Below the pieces are notes generated by a model, which did no database searches, was not told where the DNA came from, and saw only the letters and a list, made by a program, of their open reading frames with translations. A program made the position numbers and the translations under genes. From an uncultured Bacteroidota bacterium (GTDB lineage Bacteria; Bacteroidota; Bacteroidia; Bacteroidales; JAAUTT01): a stretch of 64,000 nucleotides of DNA. The DNA lies in assembly GCA_963846585.1 (NCBI GenBank), contig CAWJWO010000018.1:427759-491758 (forward strand). Reading direction: 5' to 3'. This document shows positions 27,230-36,410 of the stretch, in pieces (the first letter of the stretch is position 1; each line of letters opens with the position of its first letter).

Positions 27230-27721
27230 ATGGACCATCTCAGTTTTATCCAATCCAAAATTGTTCTCGACTGGTCAGATCTGGAATCCAGCCTTGCCTT
27301 ATGGAGATTTAAAAACCAAAAAATAATATTTACAAATGGTTGTTTTGATATTATCCATCTTGGCCATGTAGAATATCTTGCTAAGGCAGCATCACTTGGT
27401 ACCCAGTTAGTAATTGGCGTAAACAGCGACGCATCAGTTAAACGGTTAAAAGGCCCCAAACGTCCGGTTCAGGACGAAAATACCAGAGCTATGGTATTGG
27501 CTTCATTTGGTTTTGTTTCAAAAGTTGTACTTTTCGATGAAGATACTCCATATGACCTGATTAAACTGATATTACCGGATATCCTGGTTAAAGGAAGTGA
27601 TTATGCTCCTGAAAATGTGGTTGGCTACGACATTGTTACTGAAAATGGGGGTGAAGTTATTACCATTGACCTGGTTTACGGGCACTCTACTACTTCCATT
27701 ATTAATAAACTCTGCATATAG
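27230..27721 (+). CDS. Cytidylyltransferase-fold D-glycero-beta-D-manno-heptose-1-phosphate adenylyltransferase-like protein (RfaE domain II type)
   Basis: 163 aa. Contains FTNGCFDIIHLGHVEYL (HxGH nucleotidyltransferase motif), with length and layout like RfaE domain II / HldC. Confidence 0.75.
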   Translation: MDHLSFIQSKIVLDWSDLESSLALWRFKNQKIIFTNGCFDIIHLGHVEYLAKAASLGTQLVIGVNSDASVKRLKGPKRPVQDENTRAMVLASFGFVSKVVLFDEDTPYDLIKLILPDILVKGSDYAPENVVGYDIVTENGGEVITIDLVYGHSTTSIINKLCI

Positions 27722-27728
27722 GGATAAA

Positions 27729-27899
27729 GTTGCTAGTTTTTAGTTGTTAGTTGTTAGTAAAAAGTGATGAAGTGATGAAGTGATGAAGTGATCAATAATT
27801 CATACCTTAAAAACTTAATTACCTAATCACTTTTTCAAACTAACAATTTCCTTGTAATCAGTGCATTCTATGCACTAAGCACTATGCACCAAGCACTAA
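27729..27899. repeat. Composite word-array element R15
   Basis: Left: GTTAGTT x3 and GTGATGAA x3.5. Right: CCTAATCAC, AACTAACAA, and GCACTAAGCACTATGCACCAAGCAC (complements of the left-type words). It ends 7 nt before the radA ATG. Confidence 0.9.
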
Positions 27900-27906
27900 A
27901 TATCAA

Positions 27907-29268
27907 ATGGCCAAAGAACATACAGTATATATATGTCAGCGATGCGGGGCTGAATCCGCTAAATGGATAGGTCGCTGCCCTTCTTGCAATGAATGGAATA
28001 CCTATACAGAAGAAATTATCCAAAAACAATTGACAAGAAATTCTGCCGTTCCAGGCAGAGGATATTCTAAACCTGTATCTCTTGATGAAATATCTGCAAT
28101 TCATGAATCCCGGTTAGATACAAATATAAATGAATTGAACAGGGTACTTGGTGGTGGAATGGTTCGTGGTTCATTAATCCTACTTGGTGGCGAACCAGGT
28201 ATAGGTAAGTCAACTCTCGCTTTACAGCTTGCGTTAGGGTTTAATAATGTAAAAGTATTATATATTACTGGTGAAGAAAGCCTTCAACAAATAAAACTAC
28301 GTGCAGAACGTATACACTCAAAAAGTAATAATTGCTTATTTGCCAATGAAACATCACTTGAAAATATCCTCGGATTATGCCAAAGCGAGCTTCCTGATCT
28401 GGTAATAATAGACTCAATACAGACTATTTCTGCAGAATCCCTGGAATCAGCAAATGGAAGCGTTTCCCAGGTGCGTGAATGTACCAATGCCCTGCTGCGA
28501 TTTGCTAAAAGCTCTGATACGACTATCCTGCTTATTGGACACATTACCAAAGAAGGTTACCTGGCAGGTCCAAAAGCCATGGAACACATTGTTGATGTTG
28601 TTTTACAATTTGAGGGCGACAATCAGCATATTTACCGTATTCTGCGCCCAAGTAAAAATCGTTTCGGATCTATTACCGAGATTGGAATTTTTGAAATGTG
28701 CAATGAAGGATTAAAGGAAATTTCCAATCCGTCGGAAATACTTATTTCATCTAACGAAGAACAATTAAGTGGTGTAAGTATAGCAGCTACAATAGACGGT
28801 ATAAGGCCATTTCTGATTGAAGTTCAATCATTGGTCAGTACGGCAGCCTACGGAACTCCGCAACGTTCATCCACAGGTTTTGATATCCGGCGATTAAATA
28901 TGTTGCTGGCCGTTCTTGAAAAACGGGCTGGTTTTAAACTTGCCTCCAAGGATGTTTTTTTAAACATTACCGGTGGAATAAAAGTCGACGACCCCGCTAT
29001 AGACTTGGCTATTATTACTTCAATATTATCTTCAAACCTTGATATTTATGTAAACCATAAGTATTGCTTCGCTGGCGAAATTGGCCTTTCAGGGGAAATC
29101 CGGCCGGTTAACCGTATAGATCAACGTATAAGAGAAGCCGAAAAACTGGGCTTTAATAAAATATTCTTCTCTAAAGCCAATAACAGCGGTTTATCAGCTT
29201 CTAAACATAAAATTGAATTGGTTCCTATTGGTAAAGTTGAACATCTGTTTCATAAATTATTCAAATAA
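27907..29268 (+). CDS. radA: DNA repair protein RadA
   Basis: 453 aa. N-terminal C4 zinc finger CQRCG...CPSC, Walker A GGEPGIGKST, the KNRFG motif, and a Lon-like C-terminal domain. Confidence 0.95.
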   Translation: MAKEHTVYICQRCGAESAKWIGRCPSCNEWNTYTEEIIQKQLTRNSAVPGRGYSKPVSLDEISAIHESRLDTNINELNRVLGGGMVRGSLILLGGEPGIGKSTLALQLALGFNNVKVLYITGEESLQQIKLRAERIHSKSNNCLFANETSLENILGLCQSELPDLVIIDSIQTISAESLESANGSVSQVRECTNALLRFAKSSDTTILLIGHITKEGYLAGPKAMEHIVDVVLQFEGDNQHIYRILRPSKNRFGSITEIGIFEMCNEGLKEISNPSEILISSNEEQLSGVSIAATIDGIRPFLIEVQSLVSTAAYGTPQRSSTGFDIRRLNMLLAVLEKRAGFKLASKDVFLNITGGIKVDDPAIDLAIITSILSSNLDIYVNHKYCFAGEIGLSGEIRPVNRIDQRIREAEKLGFNKIFFSKANNSGLSASKHKIELVPIGKVEHLFHKLFK

Positions 29269-29457
29269 AATGGAACCAAGAACCAGGAACCAAGAGAAAA
29301 GAAGGCAGATGGCAGAAGATAAAAGATAAAAAAATTTAGAATTAAGAATCGAGATTTTAGATTTGTAATTTATGAATGCCTAAATCCGTAATTCACTAGC
29401 CACTAGTCCCTGGCCACTAGCCCCATTTCCTGGTTCTTGGTTCCTGGTTCCTGGTTC
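29269..29457. repeat. Composite palindromic word-array element R16 (homologous to R11)
   Basis: Left arm GGAACCAAGAACCAGGAACCAAGAG (29272-29296). Right arm TTCCTGGTTCTTGGTTCCTGGTTCCTGGTTC (29427-29457). The interior carries GGCAGAAGATAAAAGATAAAA / TTAGAATTAAGAATCGAGATTTTAGATTTG / CACTAGCCACTAGTCCCTGGCCACTAGCC. Confidence 0.9.
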
Positions 29458-29463
29458 TATTAA

Positions 29464-31158
29464 TTAAACTTACAATTTACGACAAACAACCTGCTACATA
29501 TCTCCGGCCTCGACATCGATTTCATACAAACTGGAATAAGGAAATCCATTTGCCGGAATCTGAATTTTTCAATTGCCAATGGTGAAACAGTTGGCATTTT
29601 AGGAGAATCCGGTTCGGGAAAATCAATAACTGCCCTTTCTGTATTAGGCCTTTTACCTCCTTCCCTTAAGGTTTCGGGAGGCAATATTTTATTTGCAAGG
29701 CCGGATGGTTCGATAATTAACCTTGCACAATCCACAGTTAAAACATTACAATCAGTCAGGGGAAAAGAAATTTCGATGGTTTTCCAGGAACCTATGACAT
29801 CGCTTAACCCTGTTTATTCATGCGGTGACCAGGTATTGGAAACTATTTTGCAACATAAGGTTTGTGAAGGGGATTTTTTTATCAGACAAATAAAAAACTC
29901 AAATAATATAAAAGAAGCCAGGGATAAGGTATTATCATTGTTTAATAAAGTCAGGCTTAAGGATCCTATAAAAATATATAATAGTTATCCGTATCAGCTT
30001 TCGGGAGGCCAGAGACAAAGAATAATGATCGCAATGGCTGTATCATGTAATCCCCGGTTGTTATTAGCTGATGAACCTACAACTGCACTGGATGTATCTG
30101 TACAACAATCAATTCTTGAGTTAATTGGCGAACTGCAGGCCGAAACAGGAATGAGCATTTTATTTATATCACACAATATTAATGTAGTATCAGAAATTGC
30201 AAAACGGGTTCTTATATTAAAGAATGGCGAGATTGTTGAACAAGGTGATATATCTCAGGTGATGTCAAATCCTGAACATTCTTACACCCGTGGATTAATT
30301 GCCTGCAGTAAATCAATAAGGGATAAAGGAAAGCGGTTGGTAACTATGGAAGAATTTATTAATCTGAATGATAAAGATAATAAGGATAATAAGAATGAAC
30401 AGAATATTTCTGAAAAATATTTAAATACAGATATCCAACAAAATGTACCTGTACTGAGAATAAAAAATCTGACAGTTAATTTTAAACATTCAACAGGACT
30501 ATTTGGAAAATCAAATACTAAAGAAATCCTTCACAATATAAATCTTGAAGTGTTCCAAAACGAAACCATCGGACTTGTTGGAGAATCAGGATCCGGTAAA
30601 ACAACCCTTGGACGGTCAATTATGAAACTGATCGGTTTCCAAAGAGGAGATATTTTCTATAATGGTATGCCAATCAACCTGCTCTCAGGAAAAGAATTGA
30701 AAAATTTTCACCGGAAAGTTCAGATTATATTCCAGGACCCATATTCATCATTAAATCCCAGGTTTACTATCGGGCAAATGATTACCGAACCCATGGTAGT
30801 TCACCGGTTATTTAAAAATAAATCTAAACGTAAAAAACGTGTCCTTGAGTTATTAAAACAGGTCAACCTTGATGAAAATTATTATTACCGTTACCCTCAT
30901 CAGTTATCGGGAGGACAAAGACAAAGAATTGGCATAGCACGGGCACTGGCAGTTGAACCTGAATTACTGATACTAGACGAATCAGTTTCTGCACTTGATG
31001 TATCAATTCAGGCTCAGGTACTTAACCTGCTTAATGATTTAAAGGGTTTATACAAGCTTACATATATTTTTATATCTCACGATTTGGATATAGTTAGATA
31101 CATGTCTGACCGGCTTGTGGAATTGAAAGAAGGCCGGATAGTTGCAAGTCGTAAGTAG
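29464..31158 (+). CDS. ABC transporter ATP-binding protein with two fused ATPase domains (DppD/DppF-YejF-like); 5' end unresolved
   Basis: The frame is open from the stop at 29461. First Walker A GESGSGKS at ~29605, signature LSGGQRQR twice, second Walker A GESGSGKTT. There is no in-frame ATG/GTG/TTG upstream of the first Walker A (only CTG at 29491), so the ORF-track ATG at 29776 is internal. The last codons and stop lie in a GTAAGTC word array. Confidence 0.8.
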   Translation, partial: LNLQFTTNNLLHISGLDIDFIQTGIRKSICRNLNFSIANGETVGILGESGSGKSITALSVLGLLPPSLKVSGGNILFARPDGSIINLAQSTVKTLQSVRGKEISMVFQEPMTSLNPVYSCGDQVLETILQHKVCEGDFFIRQIKNSNNIKEARDKVLSLFNKVRLKDPIKIYNSYPYQLSGGQRQRIMIAMAVSCNPRLLLADEPTTALDVSVQQSILELIGELQAETGMSILFISHNINVVSEIAKRVLILKNGEIVEQGDISQVMSNPEHSYTRGLIACSKSIRDKGKRLVTMEEFINLNDKDNKDNKNEQNISEKYLNTDIQQNVPVLRIKNLTVNFKHSTGLFGKSNTKEILHNINLEVFQNETIGLVGESGSGKTTLGRSIMKLIGFQRGDIFYNGMPINLLSGKELKNFHRKVQIIFQDPYSSLNPRFTIGQMITEPMVVHRLFKNKSKRKKRVLELLKQVNLDENYYYRYPHQLSGGQRQRIGIARALAVEPELLILDESVSALDVSIQAQVLNLLNDLKGLYKLTYIFISHDLDIVRYMSDRLVELKEGRIVASRK

Positions 31159-31463
31159 TAAGTCGTAAGCCGTAAGAAAAGAGAAGGCAGAAGACAGAAG
31201 GCAGAATGAGACGTGAGACATGAGACGTAGGAAGTGAGACGTGGGACGTGAGACATGGAAATAATTTGAAAATGTGTTAATTTGAAAATTTGTAAATGAA
31301 AGCAATTAAAATCTCAAATCACGAATCTTAAATCTCAAATCACCAAATCACCTTTTCCACGTCTTTCCATGTCTTTCCATGTCCTTCCATGTCCCCTTTG
31401 TATATTCCACATCTCACGTCTCACGTCTCATGTCCCTTTTCCTAATTCTTGGTTCTTGGTTCC
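31146..31463. repeat. Composite word-array element R17
   Basis: GTAAGTC 7-mers; GAAGGCAGAAGACAGAAGGCAGA; GAGACGTGAGACATGAGACGTAG... 7-mers; AATTTGAAAATGTG; ATCTCAAATCACGAATCTTAAATCTCAAATC; CCATGTCTTT 10-mers; CACGTCT 7-mers; TTCTTGGTTCTTGGTTCC. GACGTG/CACGTC arms are complementary. Confidence 0.9.
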
Positions 31464-31464
31464 A

Positions 31465-31522
31465 ATTTCAAATTAGCACATTTCTTGCCCTGAGCGTAGT
31501 CGAAGGGTCAAATTTTCAAATT
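31465..31522 (+). repeat. 58-nt element, copy 3
   Basis: Two mismatches relative to copies 1 and 2. Its last 2 nt overlap the stop codon of the minus-strand PBP1A gene. Confidence 0.9.
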
Positions 31523-33878
31523 ATTTAAAGTTGTCTTCATTATAATCAGTCCTGATAACCCCTTCAGCATTACCCATAGGACAATCAAAATTAGATTTAA
31601 ACCCTTCAGGGCATTCAAATGGTTCCTGGCTTAAATTTAATCGTTTGTCTGCATATGCTTTCTGCAAAAAAAGTGCAAAAATTGGTAACGCCATCGATGA
31701 TCCCTGCCCTTCTCTCATATTATTAAAATGAATGGATGGTTCATCTCCACCTACCCATGCTCCGGCAACCAGATCAGGTGTAATTCCTACGAACCAACCG
31801 TCGGATTGATTTTGAGTAGTCCCTGTTTTGCCCCCGATTTCATTCATCAGGTTATAAGAACTTCTTATCCTTGATGCCGTTCCATTATGTACAACCCCCA
31901 TTAACATTTGTAACATCAGGTACGCGGTATGTTCATTAATTGCTTCTACCTGCCGGGGCTTAAAGGTTGTAAGTATGTTCCCGTTTTTATCTTCGATACG
32001 GGTAATAAAAATAGGTTGAGTATAAATTCCCTTATTAGGAAAAGCAGTATAGGCACCTACCAAATCGTATAATGAAATATCAGGAACACCCAGGCACAAT
32101 GAAGGAACAGCAGGAATATCGCCCTTAATCCCTAATTTTCTTAAGAGATCAATAAGCGATTGTGTACCAAATTTTTGTAATAAAAAAGCTGCTACATAAT
32201 TCACTGACATGGCAAGCCCCCAACGAAGGTTAACCGGTCTCCCGTCAAATGGAGTTGGTTCATCATTCTTTGGAGTCCAGGAACTATCTTCCGATAGCTT
32301 AAATGAAACCGGAACATTAGGTACCATATCACATGGTTTATAACCTTCCTTCATGGCAAGAGTATATAAAAACGGCTTAATAGTTGAACCTACCTGTCGC
32401 TTCTGTATCATTACGCCATCATATTTAAAATTTCGAAAATCAGGCCCTCCTACATAAGCTCTAACGTATCCGTTATGGGGATCCACTGCCATAAAACTGG
32501 CACGTAAATAAAATTTTGAATAACGTATTGAATCCCATGGAGACATTACTGTATCTTTTATTCCTTTCCACGTAAATACTCTCATGTCAGTCGATCGCTT
32601 AAATGTATCTTTGATCTGAATATCCGTTAAGCCCTGATTAATCAAGCTCCTGTAACGGTCGGAATGTCTCATGGCTATTATAAGTCGTTCGTTTACTTCA
32701 TTATCTGTAAGCTCGCTGCCAAATGGAGCCCTTTTCTTCCCTTTTTTAGCTTTGAAAAAATCCGGCTGAAGCTTTGCTGACAGATGCTCAACTAATGCCT
32801 TTTCAGCATATTCCTGCATTCTCGAATCAATAGTTGTATAAATTCTCAACCCGTCTTTGTATAAACTATATTTTGAACCGTCCGGTTTGATATTCTTATT
32901 ACACCACCCATATAAAGGATCTTCAATCCACCGGAGAGAATCATCCCTGTATGAAATAGCTGAATTATAATCCTTAAACTGAGGTTTGTTCTTGTTCATT
33001 ATCATGCGGATGTATTCCCTGAAATATGTAGCCAGGCCCGATTCATGACCCTGGGCATGGAAGTTAATGTTTAGAGGAACTTTTATCAGTGAATCAAACT
33101 GGTTTTTGGTAATGTTTTTTTGCTCATACATTTTTTCCAGGACATTATTGCGCCGGGATAATGCCCTTTCAGGATTGCGCTTTGGATTAAAGGTAGTCAT
33201 TCCCTTAAGCATTCCTATTAGTAATGCCGCTTCTTCAATTTTTAGGGAATCAGGCGGTTTATTAAAAAACATCCTTGATGCAGTTTTAATTCCGGTCGCT
33301 TCGCTTGCAAACGATACCGTATTTAAATACATTGTTATTATTTCTTCCTTTGAGAAATTTCGTTCAAGTTTAATGGCAATTACCCATTCTTTAAATTTAG
33401 TAAGGGCAAAAAGTCCTTTTTTTACAATTTTGGGCTGATTTACTATAGTATCGCGGGGAAAAAGATTTTTAGCCAATTGTTGTGTAATAGTACTGCCTCC
33501 TCCTTCACTTTTTTGCCCTAACAGAATAGTTTTACTTATCACCCGCATTAATCCGATCCTGTCAATGCCTGAATGTTTCATAAACCGCTGATCCTCCCTG
33601 GCAATCAAGGCTTGAACAAGATATGGGGATAAATCTTTATATTCTACAGTATTTCTATTCTCATCCAAGTAATACGTCCCGATGATTTTGCCATCCGTGG
33701 AATAAATTTCAGTTGCCAGATTTCGCAACGGGTTTTCAAGATCTTCAAAAGTTGGCATAAATCCAAGCCATCCAAGAGAAATTAATGTAAATATTATAAA
33801 TAGTAAAAAAGTTGGCGTAAGAAAAATAATCCAAAAAATATTTAAGTACTTTTTTTGCTTATCGTTAAGATTCTTCAT
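31521..33878 (-). CDS. mrcA: Penicillin-binding protein 1A (bifunctional transglycosylase/transpeptidase)
   Basis: 785 aa. N-terminal TM helix, GT51 motifs EDQRFMKHSGID and GGSTITQQLAKN, transpeptidase motifs STIKP and KTGTT. Confidence 0.9.
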   Translation of the reverse strand: MKNLNDKQKKYLNIFWIIFLTPTFLLFIIFTLISLGWLGFMPTFEDLENPLRNLATEIYSTDGKIIGTYYLDENRNTVEYKDLSPYLVQALIAREDQRFMKHSGIDRIGLMRVISKTILLGQKSEGGGSTITQQLAKNLFPRDTIVNQPKIVKKGLFALTKFKEWVIAIKLERNFSKEEIITMYLNTVSFASEATGIKTASRMFFNKPPDSLKIEEAALLIGMLKGMTTFNPKRNPERALSRRNNVLEKMYEQKNITKNQFDSLIKVPLNINFHAQGHESGLATYFREYIRMIMNKNKPQFKDYNSAISYRDDSLRWIEDPLYGWCNKNIKPDGSKYSLYKDGLRIYTTIDSRMQEYAEKALVEHLSAKLQPDFFKAKKGKKRAPFGSELTDNEVNERLIIAMRHSDRYRSLINQGLTDIQIKDTFKRSTDMRVFTWKGIKDTVMSPWDSIRYSKFYLRASFMAVDPHNGYVRAYVGGPDFRNFKYDGVMIQKRQVGSTIKPFLYTLAMKEGYKPCDMVPNVPVSFKLSEDSSWTPKNDEPTPFDGRPVNLRWGLAMSVNYVAAFLLQKFGTQSLIDLLRKLGIKGDIPAVPSLCLGVPDISLYDLVGAYTAFPNKGIYTQPIFITRIEDKNGNILTTFKPRQVEAINEHTAYLMLQMLMGVVHNGTASRIRSSYNLMNEIGGKTGTTQNQSDGWFVGITPDLVAGAWVGGDEPSIHFNNMREGQGSSMALPIFALFLQKAYADKRLNLSQEPFECPEGFKSNFDCPMGNAEGVIRTDYNEDNFK

Positions 33879-33991
33879 GGCTTTTATTAAGATTGACGGG
33901 TAAATTTAGTAAATATATTTAAATGTAATTTTTGAGATCAGGAGCATATTTTTTTTTACTTTGTGAAGTTTTTAAACCGGAATATTGAATT

Positions 33992-36325
33992 ATGGCAGAA
34001 AATCTGGTAATAGTTGAATCACCGGCGAAGGCTTCAACCATAGAAAAATTTTTAGGCAAGGATTATATTGTCAAATCAAGCTATGGCCATATCAGGGATT
34101 TAGACAAAAAAAACCTGGGTATTGATGTAAAAAAGGAATATTCGCCCCAATATATTATCCCTGAGGATAAGCTTAAAGTTGTTGCTGAGCTTAAAAAACT
34201 GGCTAAAAATGCAACAACAGTTTGGTTGGCTTCTGATGAAGACCGTGAAGGTGAGGCTATTGCATGGCATTTATCCGAAGTTCTTGGCCTGAAACAGGAA
34301 AAAACCAAACGTATAGTTTTTAATGAAATTACAAAAAATGCTATTCTTAATGCGATAAAACAACCCAGGGACATTGATACTAACCTTGTAAATGCACAGC
34401 AGGCAAGACGAATTCTTGACCGTTTAGTCGGTTTTGAAATATCACCTGTTTTATGGAAAAAAGTCAGGCCATCATTGTCTGCAGGGAGGGTTCAGTCGGT
34501 TGCTGTCCGTTTGATTGTTGAAAGGGAGCGTGAAATAAATGCATTTAATAGCACTTCTTCCTTTAAGGTGGCCGGACTTTTTATTTTAGATGAAAAAAAG
34601 GCTAAATTATTTGCTGAACTGGAAAATAAAATTGAAACAAAGGAACTAACCCTGGAATTCCTTAAAAAATGTAAAGGTGCTATTTACACTGTATCGGGTA
34701 TAGTCACAAAACCTGCCAAAAAATCGGCGGCCCCTCCGTTTACTACTTCAACATTACAGCAGGAAGCCAGCCGAAAACTCAGTTTTTCGGTTGCCCAAAC
34801 TATGGCTATTGCGCAAAAACTTTATGAAGCCGGTAAAATAACCTATATGCGTACTGATTCTGTAAACTTGTCAGAAACAGCTATTAATGCAGCTAAAAAT
34901 GTTATAATAAAACTTTTTGGAGATAAATATTCCTCCCCACGCCAGTTTAAAACAAAAACAAAAGGCGCACAGGAAGCTCATGAAGCAATCCGGCCTACTT
35001 ACCTGGATTATTCTGAAATTGAAGGGTCCAATCAGGAGCAAAGGTTATACGAACTTATCTGGAAACGTACCGTTGCTTCACAAATGAGCGAGGCACTGCT
35101 CGAAAAAACAACAGTCGTTATAGATATATCCACAACTGATGAAAAATTTATTGCAACAGGCGAGATATTGAAATTTGATGGGTTCCTTAAAGTTTATATT
35201 GAATCAACTGATGAAGAATCTGAAGACAATAATGAAAGATTATTGCCTCCGCTTTCAATAGGCCAGGAAATAGCCCTCGATTATATAAAAGCTAACCAGC
35301 GATTTACTCATCACGCTCCACGTTACACCGAAGCCAGCCTGGTTAAAAAACTTGAAGAGTTAGGAATCGGGCGCCCTTCTACTTACGCCCCGACTATTTC
35401 AACCGTACAACAACGAGGTTATGTATTAAAAGAGGACCGGGAAGGAATAGAACGTGATAGTATAGAATTTATATTTAAAAACGGCATAATTTCAGACAGG
35501 ATATTAAAAGAAAATACAGGGGCAGAAAAAGCAAAATTATTCCCAAGTGACATAGGACTAATTGTCAATGATTTTCTCATTTCACATTTTAAGGAAATCC
35601 TCGATTATAATTTCACTGCAAATGTGGAAAAAGAATTTGATGAAATTGCCATGGGCAATGTGGTTTGGTATAAAATGATAGACAGGTTTTATATTCCATT
35701 TCATGATAAAGTTCAGGAAACAACCGAAAAATCGGAACGTAATGTTGGCGAACGCATTCTGGGTAAAGACCCTGTTTCCGGCAAACCGTTACTTGTAAGA
35801 ATAGGACGGTTCGGCCCTATGGCCCAGATAGGCGAATCTACTGATGAAGATAAACCGCGTTTTGCCGGATTATTAAAAGGTCAATCCATCGAAACCATTA
35901 CCTTTGACGAAGCACTGGCTTTATTTTCACTGCCAAGAACTATCGGCACTTTTGAAAACTCTGAAATTTTAGCCGGTGTCGGCCGTTTCGGGCCCTATCT
36001 GAAACATGATAACAAATTTTTCTCTATTAAACCATCGGAAGATAACCCTTTAACTATAAATCTGGACAGGGCTGTTGAAGTCATTGCCCAAAAACGAACT
36101 GAACAGGAAAATAAAGTATTAAAAACATTTAAAGAAGATCCTGACATAAAGGTTCTTAATGGACGTTTTGGGGCTTATATAAATTATAAAAAAAATAACT
36201 TTAAAATTCCAAAAACTAAAATTCCGGAAAACCTGACTTTTGATGAATGTAAAGATATTATAAGTAAAAGCCCTTCAAAAGAGAAGACTAAAAAGGCTGG
36301 GAGAAGAAAGAAGAATAGTGCTTAG
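33992..36325 (+). CDS. topA: DNA topoisomerase I
   Basis: 777 aa. TOPRIM LVIVESPAKASTIEKFLG and SDEDREGEAIAWH, active-site Tyr region ITYMRTDS, basic C-terminal tail. The final codons (NSA*) come from the AGTGCTTAG repeat word. Confidence 0.95.
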   Translation: MAENLVIVESPAKASTIEKFLGKDYIVKSSYGHIRDLDKKNLGIDVKKEYSPQYIIPEDKLKVVAELKKLAKNATTVWLASDEDREGEAIAWHLSEVLGLKQEKTKRIVFNEITKNAILNAIKQPRDIDTNLVNAQQARRILDRLVGFEISPVLWKKVRPSLSAGRVQSVAVRLIVEREREINAFNSTSSFKVAGLFILDEKKAKLFAELENKIETKELTLEFLKKCKGAIYTVSGIVTKPAKKSAAPPFTTSTLQQEASRKLSFSVAQTMAIAQKLYEAGKITYMRTDSVNLSETAINAAKNVIIKLFGDKYSSPRQFKTKTKGAQEAHEAIRPTYLDYSEIEGSNQEQRLYELIWKRTVASQMSEALLEKTTVVIDISTTDEKFIATGEILKFDGFLKVYIESTDEESEDNNERLLPPLSIGQEIALDYIKANQRFTHHAPRYTEASLVKKLEELGIGRPSTYAPTISTVQQRGYVLKEDREGIERDSIEFIFKNGIISDRILKENTGAEKAKLFPSDIGLIVNDFLISHFKEILDYNFTANVEKEFDEIAMGNVVWYKMIDRFYIPFHDKVQETTEKSERNVGERILGKDPVSGKPLLVRIGRFGPMAQIGESTDEDKPRFAGLLKGQSIETITFDEALALFSLPRTIGTFENSEILAGVGRFGPYLKHDNKFFSIKPSEDNPLTINLDRAVEVIAQKRTEQENKVLKTFKEDPDIKVLNGRFGAYINYKKNNFKIPKTKIPENLTFDECKDIISKSPSKEKTKKAGRRKKNSA

Positions 36326-36369
36326 TGCATAGTGCTTAGTGCTTAGTTGCTGGTTGTTGGTTGCTGGTA
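36315..36369. repeat. Word array R18
   Basis: ATAGTGCTTAGTGCATAGTGCTTAGTGCTTAG followed by TTGCTGGTTGTTGGTTGCTGG. The first TAG is the topA stop codon. Confidence 0.9.
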
Positions 36370-36410
36370 GATTTTGTTTATAAACCGATCTGCATTTTTT
36401 AAAATTAATT

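Noticed and set aside
29460-29735. 91-aa minus-strand ORF 29460-29735
   Set aside because: It is antisense to the plus-strand frame that encodes the first Walker A (GESGSGKS) and N-terminal domain of the ABC ATPase. The plus-strand reading is clearly the real one despite lacking a canonical start.
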